Assembly: GCA_963767925.1 (NCBI GenBank)
Contig: CAVYGB010000010.1
Location: 320,001-384,000, forward strand
DNA from: an uncultured delta proteobacterium
Lineage (GTDB): Bacteria; Myxococcota_A; Polyangia; Fen-1088
Reading direction: 5' to 3'
DNA: 64,000 bases
Position numbers and translations under genes: made by a program. The notes below the pieces were generated by a model. It saw only the letters and a program-made list of their open reading frames with translations. It made no database searches and was not told the origin of the DNA. Shown here one piece after another: positions 17,208-25,874 of the stretch; positions within the stretch are counted from its first letter, which is position 1; the number at the start of each line of letters is the position of its first letter.

Positions 17208-18074
17208 ATGCCCGACACCTCGGCCAGCCAAAAATCCTCCTTGCCTTCGCCACGCTTTCAGCCTGCGCCTCGCGCGCGGCGCTGGGTCTCCCGGCGCTCG
17301 GCCCTCCTGCCCGCCGTCACCCTGGCCACCGTGCTGGCGGCAGCGCCGGCGTTCGCGGATTCCTACGTCCATCGTCCGATCACCCGCCCCGCCGGCGAGT
17401 GGGCGTTGGGGGTAGGCCTGGGGATCGGCCACGACGATCGGCCGTCTCCCCTCGACGACATCACCGGTCTGGGGCTCAACCTCGAGCTGCACGGGGGCCT
17501 GGCGCCCGACCTGGAGTTCGGCGTCCGCACGGGCATCCGGATCAAGTCCGAAGGCCGCGCCACCCAGGCGGACCGCTACGGCCGCACCTTCGAGACGGAG
17601 ACCTACGGCACCGGCTACGAGACCCTCGCCAACCCGGAGATCTCCCTGCGGTATGCGCTCCTCCGGGGCGTCTCGGCGGCGCTGGCCCTCGAGGGCCGGC
17701 TCTACATCCCGATCGAGGACGGGACCGAGCTCGGGATCATGATCGCCCTGCCTCTCCACCTGCACCTCGCCGACCTGGTGCGCCTCGACACCGGCATCTA
17801 CGTGCCGATCTTCTTCACCGACCCGACCAGCCGGGTGGTCAGCTTTCCGTTTCACGTCTGGCTCCAGGTGGGGCCCGACCTGGCGCTCGGCGTGCTGACC
17901 GGCCTGCGCCTGTACCGCCCCGGCGGCGGCGAGGCGGTGCCGTTCGGAGTGGGGGCCAACTACGAGCTGTCGAGCGACACCGACCTGCGCACCTGGTTCC
18001 TGTTCCCCAACGTCAAGGGCAGCGGCGCGACCGACGACTTCGGCTTCGGCTTCGGCTTCGAAGCGCGCTACTGA
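17208..18074 (+). CDS. Outer-membrane beta-barrel protein
   Basis: Signal peptide ending AFA, amphipathic beta-strands, C-terminal FGFGFGFEARY. Confidence 0.7.
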   Translation: MPDTSASQKSSLPSPRFQPAPRARRWVSRRSALLPAVTLATVLAAAPAFADSYVHRPITRPAGEWALGVGLGIGHDDRPSPLDDITGLGLNLELHGGLAPDLEFGVRTGIRIKSEGRATQADRYGRTFETETYGTGYETLANPEISLRYALLRGVSAALALEGRLYIPIEDGTELGIMIALPLHLHLADLVRLDTGIYVPIFFTDPTSRVVSFPFHVWLQVGPDLALGVLTGLRLYRPGGGEAVPFGVGANYELSSDTDLRTWFLFPNVKGSGATDDFGFGFGFEARY

Positions 18075-18341
18075 CCGCTCCAGTCGGTGGATCTCGCCTT
18101 CTGGGCGCGGCTGACCCCGCCCGCTCGAATTTCCGCCGGGTGCGGTCGTTCGAGCGGCGGCGGCTCCCACACTCCCTCCGCGACCGAACCTGGGCCAGGC
18201 GCCGGTCAACGCGAGCACCGGCGGGGGGCGCTGACAACGGCGCTGGCCAGCCGCCTCGGGCATTGAGCAATTCGTTCAGACAGTTCGTTCAAAGCGCGAC
18301 CGATTCACCGCGCTACGCCCGCGCGCGCAGGGCGCGCGGCA

Positions 18342-18357
18342 GGGCACGTTTGTTGCC
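18342..18357 (+). promoter_or_regulatory. sigma54-type -24/-12 promoter
   Basis: GGGCACG-TTTG-TTGCC with exact GG-N10-GC spacing (GG 18343-44, GC 18355-56), about 57 bp upstream of the small peptide ATG. Confidence 0.6.
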
Positions 18358-18413
18358 TGAGTGACCAGCACCGCCGGCTCGAACCGGCAGCGGCAACCAA
18401 GGAGAAACAAACG

Positions 18414-18542
18414 ATGAAGAAGCGCGGCGAGAAGCCAGAAACCAAGGAGCTGGTCGAGCTGAGCAGCGAGGAGCTGGAGGCCGTCAGCGGCGGTCGCGAC
18501 GGCAAGAACCGCCCTCCGCGCACCGGCAACCGCCCCCGCTGA
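18414..18542 (+). CDS. 42-aa peptide with double-glycine leader (bacteriocin/RiPP-type precursor); predicted core RDGKNRPPRTGNRPR
   Basis: RBS AAGGAG; MKKRGEKPETKELVELSSEELEAVSGG|RDGKNRPPRTGNRPR*; followed by a hairpin. Confidence 0.75.
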   Translation: MKKRGEKPETKELVELSSEELEAVSGGRDGKNRPPRTGNRPR

Positions 18543-18554
18543 GGAGGCCCCGCA

Positions 18555-18585
18555 GCCGGGCGCGCGGCACCGCCTCGCGCCCGGC
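18555..18585. terminator. GC-rich hairpin between convergent genes
   Basis: GCCGGGCGCG (18555-18564) / CGCGCCCGGC (18576-18585). Confidence 0.5.
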
Positions 18586-18598
18586 CGACCATCCCGGG

Positions 18599-19843
18599 TC
18601 AGCGCTGGGCGCCGCGGGCGACAAGCAGGGCCATCGCCGCCGGGTTGACGAAGTCCTGGTCGTGGAAGGTGAGGCCCCAGGACCGGGGGGTAACGTCGCG
18701 GTATTCGTGCAGGCTCTCGTCGGGGGCGCCGCGCAGCTCCTTGCGCAGGGACGCCCGCAGGTTCGGGTCAGCGCCCCGCTCGAGCAGGAGGCGGGCCATG
18801 TCGTCGCCCTCGCGCCCGTTGCGGTAGGGCTGCGACACCACGCAGCCGAACAGGGCGCTGTGGCCGCCGAAGCCGTCGGCGTCGACGGCGGCGCGGGCAT
18901 CGGCAGCAGCGCCCCGCTCGAGCATCCAGCGCGCCAGCTCCAGCTCGTCGTTGTCGACGCACAGGTGGAGCAGCGTGCCGCCGGCGAGGGGGGTCGCGTG
19001 GAGGGCCTGGGTGGGGTCGGCGTGGCAGCCCAGCTCGAGCGGGTAGATCTCGTGGTGGGCGAACCTCCGGGAGAACAGGCCGGGGTCGCGGCGCAGGTGG
19101 GGCTCCAGCAGATCGAGGCGGCCGCGGTGAACCGCCATGACCGGCGTATCGGGCAGGGTCACGCCGGCGCCGGCGAGCAGCTCGAGGCAGGCGTGTTTGC
19201 CGGCCGGGCTGCGCCCGTAGGTCTCGAGCACCATCGCCACCGGGGCCAGGCGGTTGCCGTGGCCGTCGCCGAGCGCGGCGCCGAGATCGAGCAGGAAGGC
19301 CATCCCCTCGGCGCTCTGGGTCTCGGCCGGACCCATGAGCGCGTCGGGCGCCGGGCGGGCGCCCATGGCGTGGAGCTGGCGAGCCACCTCGAGCTGCCCC
19401 TGCAGGCAGGCCCGGTCGAAGGCGAACTGCAGGTCGATGGCCCCGCGCTCGCGCAACATGGCGATGATGCGGCCCCGGCCCAGGTTGGCGGCGTAGGACA
19501 TCGGCGGGCCCCAGTTACCCCGGACGCCCCGGGCGTCCTCGTGGAGCAGGACGGGGTGGCGCGTGACGAGCGCCCGCACGGCCTCGAGGTCGTCGGTCCA
19601 GATCGCGTCGATGATCCGGCAGGCCAGCACCAGGCGGGGCCAGCTCGCCACCCCGTAGCTGCGGGCCAGGGTGAGCTGGGCATCGGCCAGCCGGACGCGG
19701 GCGACCTCGGGCGGCCGCGGGTGGTTGCGGGCCAGCTCTCCCAGGGCGGCGGGCTCGCCCCGCCGGATGGCCTTGAGAAGATCCTTGGCCTGGTGGCGGA
19801 GCTGGGTCAGGTCGGGACGGACGGGGACATCGCGCTCGGGCAT
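18599..19843 (-). CDS. Ankyrin-repeat protein with N-terminal 'PDLTQLRHQAKDLL' domain
   Basis: LADAQLTLARSYGVASWPRL, GGTLLHLCV, GHSALF, LLERGADPNLR. RBS AGGAGG. Confidence 0.85.
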   Translation of the reverse strand: MPERDVPVRPDLTQLRHQAKDLLKAIRRGEPAALGELARNHPRPPEVARVRLADAQLTLARSYGVASWPRLVLACRIIDAIWTDDLEAVRALVTRHPVLLHEDARGVRGNWGPPMSYAANLGRGRIIAMLRERGAIDLQFAFDRACLQGQLEVARQLHAMGARPAPDALMGPAETQSAEGMAFLLDLGAALGDGHGNRLAPVAMVLETYGRSPAGKHACLELLAGAGVTLPDTPVMAVHRGRLDLLEPHLRRDPGLFSRRFAHHEIYPLELGCHADPTQALHATPLAGGTLLHLCVDNDELELARWMLERGAAADARAAVDADGFGGHSALFGCVVSQPYRNGREGDDMARLLLERGADPNLRASLRKELRGAPDESLHEYRDVTPRSWGLTFHDQDFVNPAAMALLVARGAQR

Positions 19844-19965
19844 GGACGGACCTCCTGTGACGAGCCCGTATCCGCTGTTCGGGCGAGAGGAGGTTCGTGT
19901 GAACCCGGTCGTCGGTCGCTTTGCGCCAGGTGGACTCGGTCCTTCCCGCGGACAGGTGGCGCCCT
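19844..19965 (-). ncRNA. Candidate structured cis-regulatory leader RNA upstream of the ankyrin gene
   Basis: Several nested stems, a possible loop-loop pairing and a 7-bp anti-SD/SD duplex (see findings). Confidence 0.4.
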
Positions 19966-20133
19966 GCAACGCCGCCGCCAAGGATAACGCGAGCGCCGCC
20001 CCCGGGACAAGGGATTGCCGCGGCCCCGGTGGCATCGAAGCATCCACGCGCAGGTGAAAGCCGCCGCCCGGGCACCGACCCGACGCCGTCGGGCGTCCGC
20101 TGTTCGGAGCTCTTCGCAATCGGTCGGTCCTGG

Positions 20134-20921
20134 TTGCTGCCCGCAGCCGCGCTTCTGGACCAGCCTCGAGCTGAACGGCAACCCACCTTACGTGCTCGAC
20201 TCTTACGTGGAGCTCCAGCCGGTCAAGGCGTTCGGCGCGCGCATCGGCCAGCAATACACCCTGATCTCACGCCACGAACAGTTCGGCCCGCAGCAGATCC
20301 TGTTTCCCGAGTGGTCGCTGGTCGCCGAATACTTCTGGACCGGGCGGGACAAGGGCGTCACCTTGTGGGGCTTCGTCGCCGACGACCGCTTCGAATATTA
20401 CGCCGGCGCCTACACCGGCTCGCCGCCGCGCCAATCCGCAGCCTGGCCGGCAACTACGTGTTCGAGGCCCGGGTCGTGTGGAACCCGCTGGGCGCCACCG
20501 GCACCACCGAGTTCCCTTACATCGCCGACGAGAAGGGGCCCTTCCGGATCTCGGGCTCGCTGCAGGGGTACTTCGGCAAGGTCCAGTTCGCCGAGGAGAC
20601 TTCAATCCCTCCAGCTTCCGCTTCGACGTCATGCCGACCGGCGAGGTGCAAAAGCAGCTCTGTGGGGTCGCCGACCTCTGGATCCAGGGGCCCTGGTTCG
20701 CCACCACGGCCGAGGCCTACCTGCGGGCCACCGATCCCGACGGTGACCCCGCCCGCTACACCTCCCGGGGCGTGTGGGGTCAGATCGGGTTCCTGTTGCT
20801 GCCGCGTACGCTCGACTTCGGCTTTCGCGTCAACTACCTCGACCCGAGCCAGGACCTGGACAACGACACCTTCCTCTCCGGTGAAGCCCAGCTCGCCTAC
20901 TACGTGACCCAGTCGCAGAAC
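20134..20921 (+). pseudogene. Porin O/P-like outer-membrane protein remnant (no start, two frameshifts, truncated)
   Basis: VLDSYVEL...RIGQQ...GRDKGVTLWG...FEYYAGAY in one frame, continuing in two other frames (YVFEARVVWNPLG; GVWGQIGFLL...DFGFRVNYLDP). Confidence 0.65.
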
Positions 20922-20997
20922 CGGGCCGGCACGTCACCTTATCCACGGGCTGCTGCTAGTCCCCTGGAACAGTGAAGTCCCCGGCGGGCCGATGACT

Positions 20998-21153
<156 letters not shown>

Positions 21154-22038
21154 CTAGCGACGCGTGGCGACCCGCTCGGCGAACGTGGCCAGCTCGGCGG
21201 CGCAGAGGGCCGGATCCTCCCAGTGAAACGCGTGTCCACCCCCCAGGTGAACCAGCAGACGCGAGCCGGCGATGGCGGCGGTGAAGGCGTCCTGATCGCT
21301 GCGAGGGCAAAACGCGTCCGCGTCACCCCACAGAATCAGGGTGGGCAGGTCGATGCGCGGGAGCTGGTCGGCGTGCTCACCCGCGACGAGCCCGGCGAGC
21401 ACGGCCTGCCAGACCCGCGCGGGCAGCTTCAGGCTCTCCTGCACCACCGCCGCGAGGTAGTCGGGCGGGATCGGCCTGGCCAGCGTGCTCTGCTGGAACT
21501 CCCGGGCAAACCCGGGATCTACCGGGTCGGTCAAGCCGGCTACCGCCGCCACCAGCTCGGCTGCGGGCGCGTTGCCCTCGAACCGGAAGAAGGATCCCAG
21601 CAGGGCGATCCCCAGGGCGCGCCCCGGATGGTCCAGGGCGAACCGCTGCGCGATGTGGCTGCCCATGGAGTGTCCGGCGACCACGGCCCGCTCGAGGCCC
21701 AGGGCATCGAGGAAGGCGGCCAGGTCCCCGGCGAGATCGCTCGGCGAGTAGCCGGTCGGGGGACGCTCGGAGTCTCCGTGACCGCGCTGGGACAGGGCGA
21801 AGGCGTGGATGGAGGGCGGCAGGTGCGGCAGCACCAGCTCGAACGAGCGCCAGGAGTCGGTGTACCCGTGCAGCAGCACCAGCGGAATGCCGGAGGGGTC
21901 TCCGCGCTCGGCGTACTGGAGCCGGACCCGTCCGGGAAGTTCGAGGCTCTTCAGGACGGCAGCCGGCCGGCGCCCGGCGGTGGCGACCGGTCGCCCGCTC
22001 CCGGTCCGGTCCTCGAGAGAGCTCGCGGTATCGTTCAT
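21154..22038 (-). CDS. Alpha/beta-fold hydrolase
   Basis: LLHGYTDS, QRGHGDS, GHSMG nucleophile elbow, ILWGDAD, GHAFHWE. Confidence 0.88.
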   Translation of the reverse strand: MNDTASSLEDRTGSGRPVATAGRRPAAVLKSLELPGRVRLQYAERGDPSGIPLVLLHGYTDSWRSFELVLPHLPPSIHAFALSQRGHGDSERPPTGYSPSDLAGDLAAFLDALGLERAVVAGHSMGSHIAQRFALDHPGRALGIALLGSFFRFEGNAPAAELVAAVAGLTDPVDPGFAREFQQSTLARPIPPDYLAAVVQESLKLPARVWQAVLAGLVAGEHADQLPRIDLPTLILWGDADAFCPRSDQDAFTAAIAGSRLLVHLGGGHAFHWEDPALCAAELATFAERVATRR

Positions 22039-22163
22039 CTGTACACACCCTTTCTGCGGCACGGCGCCGCCCTTTGCAGAAGAGGCGTGACCGCGGGAGT
22101 CACAGCGTGACCGGCCGGCGGGGGGCGCGCCGGCGCGCGCCGGGCCAGCGGCGTTGCCTCTCC

Positions 22164-22574
22164 TCAGGGGCCCGGGTCGACGACGGTCTCGATCTGGACG
22201 TCGGTCGTCGTCATCAGCTTGTGCACGGGGCAGGCGGAGACCGCCCGGGCGAGGGTGGTCCGCTGCTCGTCGCTGAGCGGCCCGTGAAACGCCAGGCGCA
22301 CCCGCAGCCGGTAGGTGCCGGCGCGCTCGTCGCTGTCGTCGCGCTCGACGTGGGACTCGACCCGCTCGAGCGGGATGCCCTTGCGCTTCGCGTACCACAT
22401 CGCGGTGACCGTCTTGCAGGCCGCCAGAGCCGCGTCGAAGTAGTCGTGCGCGCCGGGCGCCGAGTCCTCCCCGCCCGAAGCCACGCTGGCGTCGGTCCGC
22501 AGGGTGTGGGCCCGGATCCGCAGGACCTGGGGAAACCCGCCCGGCTGCTCCGTTTCGCAGTCGATGATGTTCAT
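22164..22574 (-). CDS. OsmC/Ohr-family protein
   Basis: GGEDSAPGAHDY..AALAACK...YAKRKG, CPVHKLM. Confidence 0.88.
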   Translation of the reverse strand: MNIIDCETEQPGGFPQVLRIRAHTLRTDASVASGGEDSAPGAHDYFDAALAACKTVTAMWYAKRKGIPLERVESHVERDDSDERAGTYRLRVRLAFHGPLSDEQRTTLARAVSACPVHKLMTTTDVQIETVVDPGP

Positions 22575-22769
22575 GCCTCCTTTTACTCCGGTCCCCTCGC
22601 CCGGGGGGGAGCGTGATCGGCGTGCTCCCCCGCTCGCCTGGAGGCCTACCAGCCCTCCTTCCTCCCGAAGTGGGTGGATCGAACGGAGACCTGACAGCCC
22701 TCCCGGTCCCCTCGCCCTCCGGGTCGGTCGCTTCCCGCCGGTCGCCCCGCGGCGGGCCCCGGCGCCCGC

Positions 22770-24596
22770 TCAGGGAAGGGCCGTCCGGCGGATCTCCTTC
22801 GTCACCTGGAACCGCGTGGCGGCGATCCAGGCGCCGTCGGGGGAGACCTGGGGATGCAGCAGGTTGGCGGCGTCGTCGGACAGGCGGCGGGGGCTGCCGC
22901 CCGCGCGCGGGATCGAGAAGAGCTGCAAGCGGCCCCCCGCGCGGGCGGCGTAGACCAGGGTCTCCCCGTCGGGGGACCAGTCCAGGCCGCCGTAGGTCTC
23001 GACGGGGTGCTCGGTGAGGCGCTCGCCGGTCGATCCATCGGCCGCGATTCGCCAGAGCGCGTGCCGATCTCCTGGCAACTTCTCCTCGAGCGCGATCTCG
23101 CCGCCGCCCGGCGACCAGGCGAGCCACTCGGCGTTTGCGATGGGGGCGGGCAAGGGAAGGCGGGCGGGGCCGCTGGGCAGCCCCGTCTGCGGGTCGATTG
23201 TCACGATCCAGGGGAGCCCCGCGAAGACCGTCCCGCCGCGCTCCCAGGAGGAGAAGACCAGCCGCCGCCCGTCGGGCGCCCAGTCGGCCATCCCCACCTC
23301 GAGGCCGAAGTCGGTCAGACGGATCTCCGGGCCGCCGGGGGTGGCTGCGCGCAGGTAGACGTCGTCGGTGCTCCCCGGGCTGTAGTAGCTGGCCACCGGG
23401 GTGGCCGAGCGGTGCGAGTGGTAGGCCAGCCACTTGCCGTCGGGCGACCAGACGGGGGTGAAGTCCTCGTGGTAGCCGGTGACGATCGGACGCGGCGGCG
23501 ACACCGGCCGGGCGTCGCCGTCGACGTCGATGACGGCGGCGTCGAGGTTGAGGGCCCAGTCGGCGATGCGCCAGCCCCCGTAGGTGAAGGCGATCTGGCG
23601 CCCGCCGGGCGCCCAGGAGGGCAACTCGCCCCGCTCGGCAACCAGCCGCGCCGGCCCACCCGCGGCGGGGATGACCACCACCGACTCGTGGATGTCGTTG
23701 CGGGTGAAGTGGAGCTGCCCCCCGGCCACCACCGGCCCGAAGTCGTCTCCCGGTCCCTGCACGATCGGGCGGCGGTCGCCGCTCGCCAGGTCGATCTCGT
23801 AGATGTCGAGATCCCGGTCGGCGTCGGGCTGGTGGCGGGCGACCCCGGGTGGCCGATCGCTCGCGCTGGCCAGGGCGAGGTACACCCGCTGCCCGTCGGG
23901 CGAGGTGCTCAACCTGGCGTCGAAGGGCTCGGCGTCCAGCCCCTCGACCACCGGCTGCAGCTCCGCCGATCCGTCCGCCAGCCGCAGCAGAGTGGACAGC
24001 CCCCGGGTGTCGTCCCAGACCGTCAGGTACAGGGCCTGGCCATCCCCGGACCAGGTCAGGCCGGTGATGCGGCCGGTGACGTCGTGGCGGGCGGGGCTGT
24101 CCAGCGGCCCCACGAACAGGGCGGCGACGCCCTGGCGGCGAAAGGCGACCCGATCGCCCCCGGGCGACCACTGCGGGCTGGCGTCGGCGGGGAGGCTCAC
24201 CAGCCGGAGGGCGCCGCCCTCGTCGACGAACCAGCCGCGCTGCTCGCCCAGGCGTCCGAGGCGCACGAGGTCGGACTCGCCCCGGAAGACCGCACGCGAG
24301 ACCTCATCCAGGCCGGCCAGGAGGCGCGCCCGGTCCTCCTGACCGGTCTGCAGATCGATCAGCTTCGGATGGCCCGCCCGGCCGAGGAGCGCCCACCGTC
24401 CATCCCGGGAGATCTGGGCCGAGGTCCCGATGTCCTCGAACCAGGTCGCGGGGCGATCGACATACAGGCGCTCCTTCCGCGGGCCCCCGCAGGCGCCCCG
24501 ATCGAACGCCAGCGTCGCCAGCACCAGAACGCCGAGACCGAGGGGGCCGATCAGCCGGCCCGCCGAGCGGGGAAGGTGGTTCGTCATGTTCGTCAT
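22770..24596 (-). CDS. TolB-like beta-propeller (PD40 repeat) secreted protein
   Basis: Multiple WSPDG/WAPDG repeats; N-terminal hydrophobic signal. Confidence 0.8.
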   Translation of the reverse strand: MTNMTNHLPRSAGRLIGPLGLGVLVLATLAFDRGACGGPRKERLYVDRPATWFEDIGTSAQISRDGRWALLGRAGHPKLIDLQTGQEDRARLLAGLDEVSRAVFRGESDLVRLGRLGEQRGWFVDEGGALRLVSLPADASPQWSPGGDRVAFRRQGVAALFVGPLDSPARHDVTGRITGLTWSGDGQALYLTVWDDTRGLSTLLRLADGSAELQPVVEGLDAEPFDARLSTSPDGQRVYLALASASDRPPGVARHQPDADRDLDIYEIDLASGDRRPIVQGPGDDFGPVVAGGQLHFTRNDIHESVVVIPAAGGPARLVAERGELPSWAPGGRQIAFTYGGWRIADWALNLDAAVIDVDGDARPVSPPRPIVTGYHEDFTPVWSPDGKWLAYHSHRSATPVASYYSPGSTDDVYLRAATPGGPEIRLTDFGLEVGMADWAPDGRRLVFSSWERGGTVFAGLPWIVTIDPQTGLPSGPARLPLPAPIANAEWLAWSPGGGEIALEEKLPGDRHALWRIAADGSTGERLTEHPVETYGGLDWSPDGETLVYAARAGGRLQLFSIPRAGGSPRRLSDDAANLLHPQVSPDGAWIAATRFQVTKEIRRTALP

Positions 24597-24789
24597 GCTG
24601 GATGCGCCTCCTGATCACGGGATCAACGAACCGGCCCCCCGATCTGACAAAGAGTGGTCGCCGCCGGTCCATCAATGCAGAACCTCCCGGAGGCCCGAGC
24701 CCCCATCCCGGCCATCGCCGCCCTGATCGAGCCGACGGTGGTGGGGCTCGACCGGAGTCCCGGGAGGACCGCTGACGCGGCGACGACGG

Positions 24790-24969
24790 TCACCCGCTGC
24801 CGCCCGTGGCGAGCAGCAGGCGGTCGACCCCGATCGCCCAGCCGATCCCCTCGGCGTAACGGCCGCCTCCGGCGATCTGCTTGCCCGTCCCCAGCCCGGG
24901 CGCCGTCGCCTCGAAGCCCTCCTCCACGTAATACCCGAGCCCACGCGCGACCCGGGCGTCGAAGCGAAT
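24790..24969 (-). pseudogene. Remnant of a histidyl-tRNA-synthetase-like (class II aaRS/HisZ) catalytic C-terminal segment
   Basis: IRFDARVARGLGYYVEEGFEATAPGLGTGKQIAGGGRYAEGIGWAIGVDRLLL*; RGLxYY, GGGRY and motif-3 GxGxDR. No start codon before an upstream in-frame stop. Confidence 0.65.
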
Positions 24970-25175
24970 AGCGCAGGGTTGGAAACAGGGAGTCGGGAGT
25001 TTCGGACCGGGCAGCGGAGCCTGCTGGTTTCTCCGGATGACCGCCTCGCCGGCGCCGGGAGGTTCCCGGATCAGGGGCGTGGGTCTTCAGGTTTTGCCGA
25101 GGCACCGCTCAAGAGCCGGGCACAATGGGCCGAATATCGGCTCACGAGCACGCAAAGGGCGCTTCGAGCTGAAAG

Positions 25176-25778
25176 ATGTCACCCCAACCAACGCTCCGCT
25201 CGGTCTGTCGCGTGGCGATCGTCACCGCGGCCCTGGGATCCATGTCGGCCGGCGCGCAGCCGCCGGTCCCGGCGGATGGGTGGGCGCAGGTCGAAGGGAT
25301 GGTGCACCTCAAGATCCTCTCGTACGACCGCAACGCCCGGGCACGTCCCCGGGGCAAGATCTCGATCGGCGTCCTCTACCTGCCCGGTGACGGGACCTCG
25401 GAGAAGGCGCGGGCGGAGATGGTGGCGGCGTTCCGCGCGCTGGCGGCCAAGATGACCGTGCTGGGGATCGTCCCCACCGTCGTAGCGATCGCCTTCGAAG
25501 CCAGCCGCTGGCCGGCCCCGCTCGAGGCGCAGGGGATCACCGTCCTGTATCTGACGCCCGGTCTCGGGGACCAGGCGGCGGCCATCACGTCGGCCGCGGA
25601 GCGCCTCCGGATCCCGACGCTCACCCGCGATCGCAACGTCGTCCTCCGGGGCGGCGCCATGGCCAGCGTGAGCGAAAACGGCAACCGGGCCGCCATCACC
25701 ATCAACCTGCGCGAGGCGCGGGCCGTGGGGGTCGACTTCGAGATGGCCCTGCTCCGGATGGCCGAGGTGGTCCGCTGA
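25176..25778 (+). CDS. YfiR/DUF4154-family periplasmic protein
   Basis: Signal peptide, LKILSYDRN, ITINLREARAVGVDF...LLRMAEVVR. Confidence 0.75.
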   Translation: MSPQPTLRSVCRVAIVTAALGSMSAGAQPPVPADGWAQVEGMVHLKILSYDRNARARPRGKISIGVLYLPGDGTSEKARAEMVAAFRALAAKMTVLGIVPTVVAIAFEASRWPAPLEAQGITVLYLTPGLGDQAAAITSAAERLRIPTLTRDRNVVLRGGAMASVSENGNRAAITINLREARAVGVDFEMALLRMAEVVR

Positions 25779-25803
25779 GTGGATCCCCGACGACCGGTCG
25801 ACT

Positions 25804-25851
25804 GAATCGACGAATCGACGAATCGACGAATCGACGAATCGACGAATCGAC
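25804..25851. repeat. Microsatellite (GAATCGAC) x6
   Basis: Perfect 8-bp tandem array just upstream of the RBS of the next gene. Confidence 0.92.
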
Positions 25852-25874
25852 AACGAAGGATTTTCGAGTCGGAC

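Noticed and set aside
22039..24171. 1005-aa minus-strand ORF (21154..24171) as one protein
   Set aside because: The upstream part overlaps the OsmC and TolB-like genes out of frame; only the C-terminal 294 aa is a hydrolase.
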